Shown here in pieces: positions 47,371 through 59,361 of a DNA stretch of 64,000 nt. The notes under the pieces are model-generated. The model worked only from the letters and a program-made list of their open reading frames with translations, did not search any database and was not told the origin of the DNA. How positions within the stretch are numbered: the stretch's first letter is position 1; each line of letters starts with the position of its first letter. This stretch comes from Bilabrum cf. latius (Eukaryota). The stretch lies in contig OZ237738.1 in the NCBI GenBank assembly GCA_965178125.1, forward strand, positions 992,001 through 1,056,000, read 5' to 3'. The position numbers and the translations under genes are program-made.

Positions 47371-50300
47371 TTACCCCACACCACCTCCGGCTCCACCGAC
47401 AGCCTGGAAGTGTTCCTTGATAGATCCGGGCCTATCGGCATCTCGAACGGGTGGCTTAAGCGGCACCATCGTGAGGAAGCCAGGCGGGCATGCCTGCTGC
47501 ACATCATTACTGATAGGGTGCGGAGTGATGAGGATGAACTGGTGTCCCGACATGTTCGGCGCCCCGCCCACGCTACGCGCAGCCCCCACCAGCCGCTTGA
47601 GGGCTACTTGCCGCGTTGTCTCATCCATGAACACGTCAAACTCATCCAGCACCCTCCACGGCAGCTCCACGTTCTTTGCGATGGCCATCAGCAGGCTGGT
47701 TGACGTGAGCGACTTCTCGCCTCCCGACATCTGGGCGGTGGACGCGCTGTGCCGCTCGACTCTACGGCGCTTCCTCCCCAGGACACTACCGTGGCCCTCC
47801 TCGTCTGCCAGTGGTGACCCAGGTGATGACTTACCCTGCTGGCTGCGATGAATCGCATGCTGCTCTTCCTAGGAGAACATCCTCTCGTTGGGCAGCACAT
47901 CCATCTCCAGCAGGCCTCCAGTGAGCTTGTCCTCGTCGTCATCAGACTCCAACTCATACTTGCTAGCGATCTTGCCCCGTCGGCCGGCAGACTTACGCCC
48001 TTTGCGAGCGAGCTTGCCCTACCTTTCGGCCAGCTCTCTCCCATAGACGAATCTTATTTCCCCGGAGTGGCCAGATTTGCGCATCTCACCCCTGAATTCC
48101 TCCACGATGTTTCTGCTGATGGCCAAAAACTTCGACCGCATGTCTTTGCGTCTGGCTGCGCCGGCCCGGGAGGACTCCGCGGCGGTGCGGCGAATGATCC
48201 TGGCTTGATCTGCGGCCTCTTCGTGCTTGGCATGGGCGCGATCGTAAGCAGCCTTGGCCTCAGCGGCCTCGTTGGGATCGTATCCCCGCCTCCGCAGGTT
48301 GGCGTCTCTCCGGGCCTTCAGCTCCTGCAGGCGGCGCCTGGCTTCAGACTCAGACGTGACGTCGGCCCGCCTCAGATCCATGCCACAGGTTGCCGCCTCT
48401 CGCTTTAGGTCACCAATGGCCTTCTTGATGTCGTCTCGCTCCCTCTGTACGTCTCCCAGCTTGATACCGATGGCGTTGTCTTTCCTATGGATGGCCTGGG
48501 CGCACTTGCGGACTCTTCCCTCGAGAGCCTACTGCTCGCTGGCAAGCCTCGACATGACCTGGTCGATCTCGGCGATCTGCCGCGCGCGGCTGTCGTCTTC
48601 TTGCAACGACTTGACCTGGCCTAGGATGTCCTTCTCGGCCTCTCGCCGGCTCTCCAAGGCCGCTCGTCTGGACCTTTCTTCCACCTGGTGCTTCTCGATC
48701 CTCTCCTGTACCTCAAGCTCACTCTCTTCCAGCTCCAGAATCCTCGACATGGTGTCCTCGTCGACTCCCTTGTCTGCTTCGCGCTTGGCCGATTCCAGCG
48801 CCCGATTCGTCTTGCTCAGTCCGTCCTTAGCCTGCTCGAGGCGTCCACGCGTGGTGGCCAGCTACCGCCTAGCATTCTTGTCATCCAGCGTGAGGGTGGC
48901 TACGTTCTTGCTCAGCACATTCTGCTGCACCCTACAGCTCGCCAGCTCATCACGCGCAGTCTCTAGGCTTTCTTGAGCCGCCCTTGCCTGTTCCTCTACC
49001 GATAGGCTAAATCTAGGCATGTGAGAGTCTGTTGTCCACGTCGGAGCACCCTTAATCCTGAAACCTGACGCGCCAGACCTCATCACAGCGGAGCCGTCGT
49101 CCAAATATGCTGCGAGGATGGACCGTTCCTTGTCCTGCTGCAGAATCACTCTGCCCTCATGAGGTGTATCAACGAGGATGCATCTGTGCAGGTTGCTGCC
49201 TCCCATAAGTGCCTGCTCCGCGATGCATGCAGGGTCCACGCCTGCCAGCCCGTCCGCACCGATGGCTAGTCCGCCCGGAGCATTCAGCTCCACGACATCC
49301 GAGATTCGCAGCAGCCCTTGCCCCTTTACCACACTACTAGCGAATTTCGCTTTCACTTCCCCTGGCCCCATGACCCGCCGCACAGCCACGAGCTTGACGC
49401 CATGTGCCGCCTGCCGTAGCGCTGCATTCTGAAACGTGCCAAGCACCCGATATTCAAACAGCTGGTCCAGCATCGCAGCTGCAATCGCCAGTTGCCATCT
49501 TCGGTTGTCTTGCCCGGCCTTAAGCTGCACGAATGCCCCCAGTGGACCAACGGGCTATGCCCCGCCTTCACCCCCACTGCCAGCGCTAGCTCCAGCGCGC
49601 TGCTTCTCAAAGTGCCTCCGCAGAGCCCTGTATTGCGAGACCTTGCGGCCGCTAGGATCCAGCCCCAGGATCCGCCCCTCGATCCCTTTCATGTCCTGAG
49701 TCTGTATCTACCGTAGCACGTCTTGGTATCGATTCACGTCCTCCGCTTTGGACGTCTACATCCGCTTCGCCTAGCGAAGCTCCTCTGCTGCGTTTCGCAG
49801 CTACAAAGCCACAGCCTCTTGCCTTTCAGAGGCATTCATCACCTCGCCATCTAGCTATACAACAGCGTCTCGCTGCTGCCTCGCCTGCTCTTCCAGCCTT
49901 GCGATCTCCTGCTCAAGTTCCGGCCTCCGCCCCACCTGCTGCCTGTGCTCCTCCAGCTGCTCCTTCAGGCGGTAGAACCGGGCCTGCGACGCCACCTTTC
50001 TCTTGGCCTCCCGCTCCAAGCTGGTTTTTGCTTTTTTTGATGCTGCCTAGGCCCCTTCGAGCTTCGCACCCAGCTCTGCGAGCTGCCGGTTGTGCTCCTC
50101 CTGCGATTCGTTCACTCCCTACATCCTCTCCTCTTGGACCCCTATGCTCGCCTTGATCTACTCGACCTGCTTCAGCAGACGGGGTTGCTCCTCATGCAGC
50201 CCCTTACCGTCCTTCTTCATTGCATCCAGCACGCCTTCAGCGCTCTCCAGCTGATCCTTCCTCTCCACCAACCTGGCACGCTTCAGCTGCACAGCGGCAG

Positions 50301-51608
50301 CTTGGATGGACTGCTCCAAACTCTGCATATCTCGATACCGATCCCAGGACTTTTCGGCCACAGCGAGACGCTGTTTTGCCTTGCGAACAACCCCCTCCAA
50401 GTCACCCTGCTGTCCCCGCGCCTGCCTCATCCTCTCCCTGTGCGCTTTCAGCTGCGCCTCGGCCCGATCCAATCCAAGAGCACGAATCACCATGTCAAAC
50501 CTCTGTCTAGGCGAGCCCGATGCCATCCTCTTCGCCTCATCTTGGGTCAGCACCTGCAGCGGATTAGTGGGATCCACGCCGAAATGCCGTCGAATGGCAG
50601 CGAGCTCCTCTTTCGCCGCCTTGCCCTAGCAGATGGTCTTGAAATGGATTTGCTCCATTTTCGTGCCGCTGATGCCCCGGCTCGCACGACTGCTGCCCCC
50701 CTCAGCTTTGGCGCCTGCTGCAGCCGATCGCAGCGTGCCGCTCTCAAGCTTGAACCGGTGAGTTGCACCAGCGCCAGCACCCGCTCCCTGCCGCCGGATG
50801 GTTCTGGTGACGCGAATGAAGTCGCCGTAGGTGCTGTCTCTGTATGGGAGTGCTGGTGGACCTGCGAGAAAACACACGGGGTGATTGCGAGACGCTTGTG
50901 AAAGGGGGTGGGCGGGGTAATGGGTGGCAACCGGCAACCCGAAGCAAGAGTGGGTGGTCATGTGTGCTCACGCTCTCGACCGATAAAGTGTCGCTTCTCG
51001 TGTTCCTTGTTGAAAAATGTGACAGCAACTTCGCAACGACTACACCCGCTCCTGATCATCTTCGCCAGAGAGGCACCCCGGCCAGTATCCGCCGGGCGAC
51101 AGTCGAAGGCAAGCATTAACGCAGCACAAATCGCGCTCTTGCCGCTGCCGTTCTTCCCAGTTATGACATTGACATTGGGTCCAAGATATGCAATCACATC
51201 TTCGTGGCACATGAAGTCTAGCATCGAAATAGCGAGGATCGAGCCCGGATCCGGGTGTTGGGCTCGAATGGCAAGCACACCCTCGTCGACGGCCTCATAC
51301 CCGCCAAATAAGGGCACTTCTGCTTTTCCTAGGATGCCCAAGCCATCCGAATCACTTTCGTCTGAGTAGTCGTCTGGATCGCTTTCGTCGAGTGACTCGC
51401 TACCTTCTGGATCGGCGACTGCCGAGCTGGCTTGTGTGCGCCGCCTCCGTGACACGTTTGCTGCTTCCTCATCCGAGCTTTCCTGATCTTCTGTCATTTC
51501 AATGGCTTGCGCTGGTCTACGGCTTCCTACACGCCGCCTCTTGGAAGCGCGGCTGGATTGGATCACGTCGCGGTCATCTGGATCCGCGCTGGGGGTTTGG
51601 CTAGACAT
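47371..51608 (-). CDS. SMC6: Structural maintenance of chromosomes protein 6
   Basis: DFMCH, Walker A ITGKNGSGKSAI, Q-loop VLTQDEAK, long coiled coils, signature MSGGEKS, Walker B VLDEFDVFMD (SMC6 type), QFILITP. Intron at 50862-50971. Many in-frame TAGs. Ends at TAA. Confidence 0.9.
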
Positions 51609-51784
51609 GATGAGCTCAACTATCACAGACGTGACGGAGCGAACCAATACTCATTATATTTCTTGAAGCCAAGCTTGACTACGATTCGCTTGGCACTGCA
51701 CTGTACTCGGGTGCAGGATGCGGATTCTTGCAGATTCCGAGTCGTCTTGATGCTGGGTGTTGCTTTGAACCGCATCTTCCTATC

Positions 51785-53939
51785 TCATTTGTTGCTAGAG
51801 CCCCCTTCCTCCTATTTTCGCTGATCCTCCATGGAAGCCCGCATGGCAGCTTGCAGCATCGCATCGAAATCCTCGCCCTCCCCAGGTGCTGCCCTCTCCG
51901 CAGCCCCCGCCTCTACCCCTGCTGTTTCTGCAACTGCTGGACCAGCACGCCCAGGCCGGAGGGCAGCCCGAGCTCCGCCCATTGCGTCCGCGATCGACGG
52001 ACCCTACGCCCGCCCACCCCCAGCACGGCTCGGAGGTCCCATGGAAACAGAAGCAGCAGAAGCAGCACCTCTGGCAGAAGGAGAAGAGGCGGCGGCTGCC
52101 GCAGCTCCCCCGAATCCGCCCTCACCCTCGCCCCCCGCCCCCCCGCTACCAGCCGTTGCCGCCGATGCCGAAGCCAATCCGCCATCCTTGCTAAGGCCCT
52201 CGCCATCGCCTGTTCCCTTGCCATCGCCTGTCCCTTCGCCGGCCCGCTTGGCCCCCGCCGCGCTGGGGGGCCCCGCCGTCTCCATGGACAGCGCAAGCGC
52301 AAGACGAAGCTGCTCGTCCTCATCCGCGAGCACAGAGGCCAGCTGAGCTGCGCCGCTGCCTGCCGCAGCAGAGGCACCCCCCCCAGTTCCCCCCACGAAG
52401 TGCCCCCGCCCACCGGCCCCCCTCCCTGGGGACTCCACCCACCCCCGGGGATGTTCCCTGCCCACCGCACCTGCAGCCATCGCGGCACCGTCAGCGGCGC
52501 CCGTCCTGTGTGCGTGGGCCATGGCCTGCGAGAGCGTCTGCTGTGACACCTGCATGCGCCGGGCCTGGGACAGCCCCCTGGCCCAATCCCCTCTAAAGTC
52601 CCCCACGTCCAGCGCGATGGCCGGAGACACCTGCAGGGCCCGCCTCAGGAAGCTGGAGGCAGCCGCCTGGAACCTGGGGGGCCTCCTGTCGTTGTGGTCC
52701 CCATCCACAAGCATGATCTCCTTGTCGCCGCCGTACCTCTCGCAGATGGCCTTGGCGTGGTGCGGCTGCACGAAGTCGTCCTGCTTTCCCGCGAGGAACA
52801 GGGCGGGGATGAAGGCCTTGTCCACGTCGGCGATGGGTTTCAGCGCGCACATGTCCATGCCAGTGCTCTTTAGGACGGAGCTCTGCACCTGGGTGATCAC
52901 CGCCGAGAACACGAAGCGCGGGGCGTCAAAGCCGAGGAAGTCCTTGTACTTGTCAACCAGCTCGTCGATCAGCTGCTTCAGGTCCGCGAAGGGCGAATCC
53001 AGGATCATGCCCGCGATTGTGGGGTCCCTGTGCGAGTGCAGCAGCGAGGTGGCGGCGCCCATGCTGCGCCCCCACAGACCGATGGAGGAGCACCGCTTGG
53101 ATTCCCGCAGGTGCTACACTACCGCTGCAAGGTCGTCTTTCTCCCACCAGCCCAGAGTCACCCACTCGCCCTCGGAGCGGCCCGAGCCCGCGCAATCGAA
53201 AGCGAGCATGCTGCAGCCGAGCGTGAGAACCGTCTCGAGGTTTTCCAGCGCCGCCACCCGGGAGGACGAGTTCCCATGCAGATTAATGACGCAGGGCAGG
53301 AGCTCCGCGGGCCGGTCGCTGTCGTGAGGCTGCCAGTGACTGCACTGAAGCTTCATGCCTCGGGGGTTACGGAGGACGAAATCCCGGCGAACGATGCGCC
53401 TGCCTCGAAACCGAAAAGCCGGCGGTCCTAGCTCGCTGATTCTGTACTCATCTCGCATGGGTCGAATGATTGCGTGCACTGCCTGCTGGTACCTGCGGTG
53501 GCAAGCCGCGTGTGGACAAATAGCGAGGCAAGTGCAGCAGACCTACGACTGCTCTACCTGGGTCGAACTTCCTCAAAAATGCGGAATATACGATTTAGTT
53601 AATACAAATCTCCCCGTCTCACGCTCCTTGTACCGCACCGTAGACCTCGACTGGGTTCCACCAACGGACTTGAGGGACGCCTTCGGTAGAGGCTGGGCGG
53701 CCGGGCCGGCCCCCTTCCTCAAGCGAAGCTGATCTGCCGCTAGAACCCGATGTTCTAGTTCTGTGCTGCGCATCCGGATCAAGTAGCGATGGCCTTGAGT
53801 CCGTTGTGCCGGATGTGCTTGAAGCGGCTTCCGAGCGGTTCGAGGCGCTGGCTGTGCGTCCAGACATGGGCCGGTCTTCGATAATGCTGCCACTCATGGT
53901 ACTAGCAGGAGGCTCTGCAGACGATCCACTGTTACCCAT
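51785..53939 (-). CDS. Alpha/beta hydrolase with N-terminal myristoylation-like motif and two UIM-like helices
   Basis: MGNSGS start; AIIRP, LHGNSSSR, FDCAGSGRSEG, nucleophile elbow GLWGRSMGA, LDSPF, GDHN. Intron at 53493-53622. TAG at 53114, 52004 and ~51812. Ends at TGA. Confidence 0.85.
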
Positions 53940-54050
53940 ACTACACGAAGGCTAGGGTGTGAGTGAGTTCTACTGCTGCGAACGGACGCCGTCGGCCGCG
54001 TGACGATGACTTTTTTCGACAGTAACAACCTTTGGGCACATTCCATCGAA

Positions 54051-55199
54051 ATGAAGGCGTTACTTGCAGCGACGGCCTTCATCATTTGTCTCACGAATGC
54101 CCAGCAGATTGACGTTATAAGATAGTTCGGCTTCAGCCTGCAGGGGGTCCAGCAGGCAACGTCAGAAGCCTAGCAGATCTTTCTGAAGACTCCTACAGCA
54201 ACTGTGACCCTTTTCTTCCGTGGTGGGACGCACAGGCTCCATGAGGGTAACTCAACGCTTCGGGGGGTATTTGACTTCAGCAGCATCAGCCCGGCAGCCG
54301 GTGGTAGGCTCGTGTTGGCCGGCGAGGGCATGGACGCTACGGTGCTCGGGTTTGACGGCACGCTACCGACTTTATATGCCCGACCAGTGACAAGGGTCAC
54401 AATCAGGGACATTCACTTCACTCGGAACTCGTTTACGGTATCACAGGGCACTGTTGTCTCGGCGAACACAACGCACGTAATGCTAGACATCGACCGTGCC
54501 TACCCCAGCCCGGCAGCCATCTTCGACTCTGATTCGAGCAGCGGGAGGTTCTTAAGGCGATATACCGACAGCCTTGTGGATCCCCACATCGTGGTGGATC
54601 CAGCCAACAACGGCACGGTATGGCCCCCCACTATGAACGTCCAGTGGCCGTGGCACCGCGCCTCGCAGGTCGGCGGTGAGGCATCGCCGCGATGGGCCCT
54701 GCAGGTGAGCCCGATCCGGGGGGCTAGCGAATTTAGTCCCGGGGACAGGGTGGGAATCAAGTCAAAGCACCAGCAGAACTCTTTCTTCTTCGATGGAGGG
54801 CAGGACGTGGCCTTCCTGCGCGTCCGCTGGTCCCTGCACTCGAGGGGAGTTGCCAGGGGCGGCATTCACGGGATTCTCGTGGACTCGTGCGTGGTGGAGC
54901 GGCCCCCCAAGCCAGAAGGGGCTGAGGCGGAGCCCATGCTGGCGACTCCAGGAGGCGGCCCGCAGCTGGGCCAGCCCAACGACCCGGTCACCCGGAACGT
55001 GACGGTCCGGAACCACACGTCGGTTGCGACCGGGGATGATTCTGTGGCACTGTTCCGTGTAGAGGAGGGCCTGGTGGAGGGTTGTCGAATACGGGATAGC
55101 TTTGCGCGTGGTGTGCTTGTGTGCGGCCCCCCGAATGACGTGGTGGTGCGCGACTCGGTGCTAGTGCGGAATCCGGTGTTTAATACTAGCAAATGCTGA
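54051..55199 (+). CDS. Secreted right-handed beta-helix (pectin-lyase-like) protein, possibly carbohydrate-active
   Basis: Signal peptide MKALLAATAFIICLTNA, reached via TAGs at 54123 and 54171. Beta-helix-like segments LVLAGEG, VTIRDIHF, TGDDSVALF, VEGCRIRDSFARGVLV. Confidence 0.65.
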
Positions 55200-55418
55200 C
55201 GGATGGCCGTATTGATATAGGGCGCTTAAATCGGTGTATCTAATCAGACAGCTGCTGTCAGCAGTGCCACCCCCAGCTGCCAGTGCCAGCCTGCAGCTGG
55301 GATGGTCCTCCCGGATGGTCCTCCATTTGGGTTCAACGAAGTTCCGGTTTTTGTCATTGTTCGTGCGTGGTGCAACTCCAGCATTCCCGCACACGCACAA
55401 CGAGAGAGCCGCAGCACG

Positions 55419-56633
55419 ATGGGTTCTTCGTGGTCTTTCTTGAGTATTCCATAGTGGTATTCTTATGGTGGCAAACACTTTGGGAAAGCAGGCTTCCGAG
55501 CGGCGCAGGCTCGCTGGGAAGCAAAGGCAATGGCCGCCACGTCGACAAAACGAAAGGCTGCTTCTGGGGCCGGTAGTGGCGGAGATGATGCATTAGGATG
55601 CAGCTGGGCCAAGGGAAAGACTGTTTTAGTGACTGGGGCAAACTCTGGGTTGGGTTATGAAACGGCTTTGAGCCTTGCTTAGCGCGAAGCTAATGTGATA
55701 ATGATTTGTCGGAATAGCAAGAGAGCCGAGGCTGCGGCAGCAGCAATTGAGAAGGAGACTGGTCGAAAGCCAGCGATTGAAATCTGCGACATGTCTTCTA
55801 TGAAAAGCATCCGCGAGTTTTCGCAACGTTGGGCAGCATGGCCTGAAGCAGCGCCGGAAGCTTCTGCCGAGAGCGGCGAGCCCGAACCTGCTGCCGCCGG
55901 CGGCGGTCCAAGGGGGAGACGCGTTGACGCTATCGTGAATAATGCCGGCCTGATGCTGAAGGACTATACCGCCACTGATGAGGGCCTAGAGACTGTCTTT
56001 GCGACCATGGCTGGCGGCACGTACTACCTCACTCTGCTCATGTTGCCCCATTTGCAGGCGGTTCGAGACGGATCGGTGGGTAGAGTAATCAATGTGACGT
56101 CCGCAGGCGGGTACATGGTCCGGGCAAAGGCCAGCCTTCTCAATATGCCACCGTCCTCATACTCGGATCTGTTCGCATACTCGCATTCCAAGAGAGCTCA
56201 GATCGAGATCAACGACTTGATGGCTGAGAAAGTGGCAGCTGGATCCCGGTCTTTGGGACCAGGCTCGAAAGGTAAAGTTGTGCCAAGACCGATCTCTTTC
56301 GTGTCCATGCATCCTGGATGGTCGGCAACACCTGGACTAGCACGCTCCATGCCATCCTTCTCTGAATCGAGCGATCTTCGAAGTGCCGCAGAAGGAGCTG
56401 ATACTATCGTTTGGATGCTTGACATAGATGACAAACACGCCGCCAGGTTGAACGGAGAACTAGTCTTCGATAGGGAGGCTACATTTAAGCATTTCACAAT
56501 GGCTGGGACTCAGCTTTCAGAGAGCGAGCGTGATGCAGTGTGGAGCACATTAGGGAAGATCTATGATGTCGACGCCGATGAATTGATTGCCACCTGCGTT
56601 GAAGGTGTCACGAAAGAAAGTGGTGGACACTGA
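55419..56633 (+). CDS. Short-chain dehydrogenase/reductase, DHRS12-like
   Basis: The Rossmann motif VLVTGANSGLG lies upstream of TAG 55680 and in frame with VNNAG, VINVTSAG, YSHSK and SMHPGWSATPG. A further TAG lies at 55452. Confidence 0.88.
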
Positions 56634-57902
56634 AGGGGTATTGAATGATTTGTTCGCGAGATTTATAAGGTTTCATTATTCTGAGCGAAAAACTCTTAAT
56701 ACAATTAGGTCCGACACGAGCACTTATATTAATACTAAACTGTGATTACAGGAATGATGGGTGTGGCCAAGCTTGGTTGCAAATTCTGTGGATGTGGATT
56801 GTAGCGAAAGATGTGGGAAGGTGTCTGATCTGTGGAAAATAGCGAAGGAAGCTCTTGAGCTCAAGCTGAAGCCAGGAAGCAACACACTTTGAAGTCTTAT
56901 GACTATTGCACTCGTTGCACCCATATCAACTAGGATATTGCCTGTGCACGAATTTACGTTTTGAATCTCAAAGCCAAAGGTTCAATATCATACATGTTTT
57001 GCTACGGAGGTAGATGCTTATCCTATGTCAGTGGTTTAACCATGTTCATGCTCATCATTTATTTGATAAGCTTGAAAGAAAATGAGCAAAGACACAATGC
57101 AACTGTGTTGCAAGATGGTGATGCGAAAAATGTCGGAGGGTGTGAACGGAGCAAAACACGGGCAAAGATCTTCGGCAGGGCAGAGCAAATGCAAACAGTG
57201 CATTTGAATTGTTTACAATGGTGCAGCCATCTGGTAGGTAGGGTTGCTAAAAGAATGGGAAGTATACTGCCTCGCTGTAGTACGATTCGTTTTTATTATA
57301 TTAAGCTATCGCAGTAAGCAGCCCTTTCTGCTTTGGGTAATTGGCGTCTGAAATTTTAATTTGAAGAATTACATTAACAATGTGAAAGAAATCAAGCACT
57401 GTATAAAACCAACCTAGGTACTATCAATGTAGATTCAGATGTGACAATCTTAACGGTGTGACATATGAAATGTTTCTGCCTCTGTTTCATCGATATATTT
57501 GCCGAGTCTACCGCCACAAATCAGCTATCAAGAGATGATCCAGCTACGGAGGACGAGGTTGAAGTTTGCCCTCGTTGAGGCACTTCTTGCGTTTCCGTCC
57601 AATATTATCTTTGCTTGCAGTGATACGGCTGCAACTCATAAATGAACGAAGGTAAGCTTTTTGTGTACATTGTTTTTACGAGCCACTTTTACTCTAATAA
57701 AGGTCTTGCAAAACCAGGGCCGGCAAGATACGCATTTCGTGTATAGGCTGACTCAATTCATGCATTCGTTGTGATATCAAAAAGTGTGCAAAAGTTTTTC
57801 CTATCTCTTTGTGTGCTGTTAAAGATGACACGACTAAAACAAAATCTGTCACAGATGCCCGACTCTAGTCACATAACTGTTAGGGATTGCTTGATTCCAA
57901 TA

Positions 57903-58068
57903 GAAATCATGTAGCGCAACATCCTGCCTCGTCTTTGTCATAAGACGTTGATGGTAACGCCTTCAATAGCCTGCTCCAGGTTGAGGAAATCATGTAGCGC
58001 AACATCCTGCCTCGTCTTTGTCATGAGATGTTGATGGTAACGCCTTCAATAGCCTGCTCCAGGTTGAG
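57903..58068. repeat. Tandem duplication, 2 x 83 nt
   Basis: 57903-57985 and 57986-58068 are identical except for two transitions (cataagacgtt vs catgagatgtt). Confidence 0.92.
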
Positions 58069-58865
58069 GTATCCTCAAGACATCTCTCTATGAATATAAC
58101 GTCCTAATCAGTCCCTTCTGCCATTCGCGCAGTATCAAAACACTCCATCGATATTTCATCAGGTCCTACGGTTGGTGACGCAGGATCGAGATATTCCAAT
58201 TGATCTTTTGCATTCTTTCCTAGCAATAGAATGTAGTGACCTGCGTAGGATGGAATCATCCGCTTCACAGTAGATTTGCCGTACGAATCTGTGCTAGAGT
58301 GCAGGAAGCGGAGATCAACCAAAACGATTGCAGCTACACATGAGTTGCCTTCCAGAACGTCGAGGAGGTCCTCTAAAGACAACTTCTACTCGTGAATTGC
58401 TCCTCGATTTGTCAGGACAGGTGACCTTGCCGGCCCCGATTCAGCAACATGGTTGGTCTCTGTGATTGCAGATTCCGAGCTAGAGCCTTCGCCCCCCCGA
58501 AAGCGCCTAAATCGATCTAGCACTCTTTGCTTATCTTCATTGAGCCCAGAGTAGAAAGGCAAAGATCCATGCGAAGGGGCAACACCAGCAAGAGTCGTAT
58601 AAAATGCCCACTAAAACCCGAGCTCGTTCAAAACGACGCACAAATCGATTGTCCAAACGCTGTCGGTCCCCGCGACGTCCAGCAAATGTGAAAGCGCCAG
58701 CTTCGAGTGCTCTGGTGTCCACCCCACGCCTGGATCGCACAGCTGCAATCTCCCAGCAAGTACCATGGCAATGCACGCAAGCCCACAATCCCAGGACTCT
58801 AGCTATCGAACTTTTACAGGTTCTAGGCACACGGGCTCTTTTAATCTTGCAGCAGCAGCAGCCAT
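57990..58865 (-). CDS. GUCD1: GUCD1-like protein (guanylyl-cyclase-domain-containing 1, peptidase C39-like fold)
   Basis: VR(TAG)LESWDCGLACIAMVL, DSVWTIDL, IVLVD, YAGHYILL, YLDP, ARMAEGTD(TAG)DVIFI. TAG at 58803, 58611, 58386 and 58104. Ends at TGA. Confidence 0.85.
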
Positions 58866-59361
58866 CGAAACTGAATATCAGGTAACGAAGTGTGTTTCTC
58901 AGGTCAGTAAGCTTGCCCAACTACAGATGCGACACGCACAGTCAATGACTGATGTCATTTTGAAGAGGATTTACGCTTGAGGCTCCAGAAAAACTATTTG
59001 TGCTTGGGCAGAGTTCTAGCTTCAGGTACGTTGCCGGTCTGTGTGGCGAGTGCATTGCCAGAAAGGTGCAAGTGTTGCCGCTTGCTGCGATTGTCCGAGA
59101 CTATAGAAATAGAAAGTGAGGGCTATGACGCGTATGTCAATGAAAAATGCCACCGAGGTCGCCACGGCACGACTTCGCACTTCAGGGCAGGTTTGGAGGA
59201 TGGCTCATGGCGATGCGCAATCTGCCAGCAGAACAGGCATTGATCGACCTTTCGAGCTCATCCACCACCCACGTTCCAGTCAATGCTGTCCGCTTCGGGC
59301 CTTGCATCCCCAACCCTGACCCCCCAAGCCCGCGCCCAAGCACCAACCAGCTTGCTCAGCG

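Noticed and set aside
57903-58068. Possible CRISPR array
   Set aside because: Only two adjacent 83-nt copies with no spacers, no cas genes, and a eukaryotic context.
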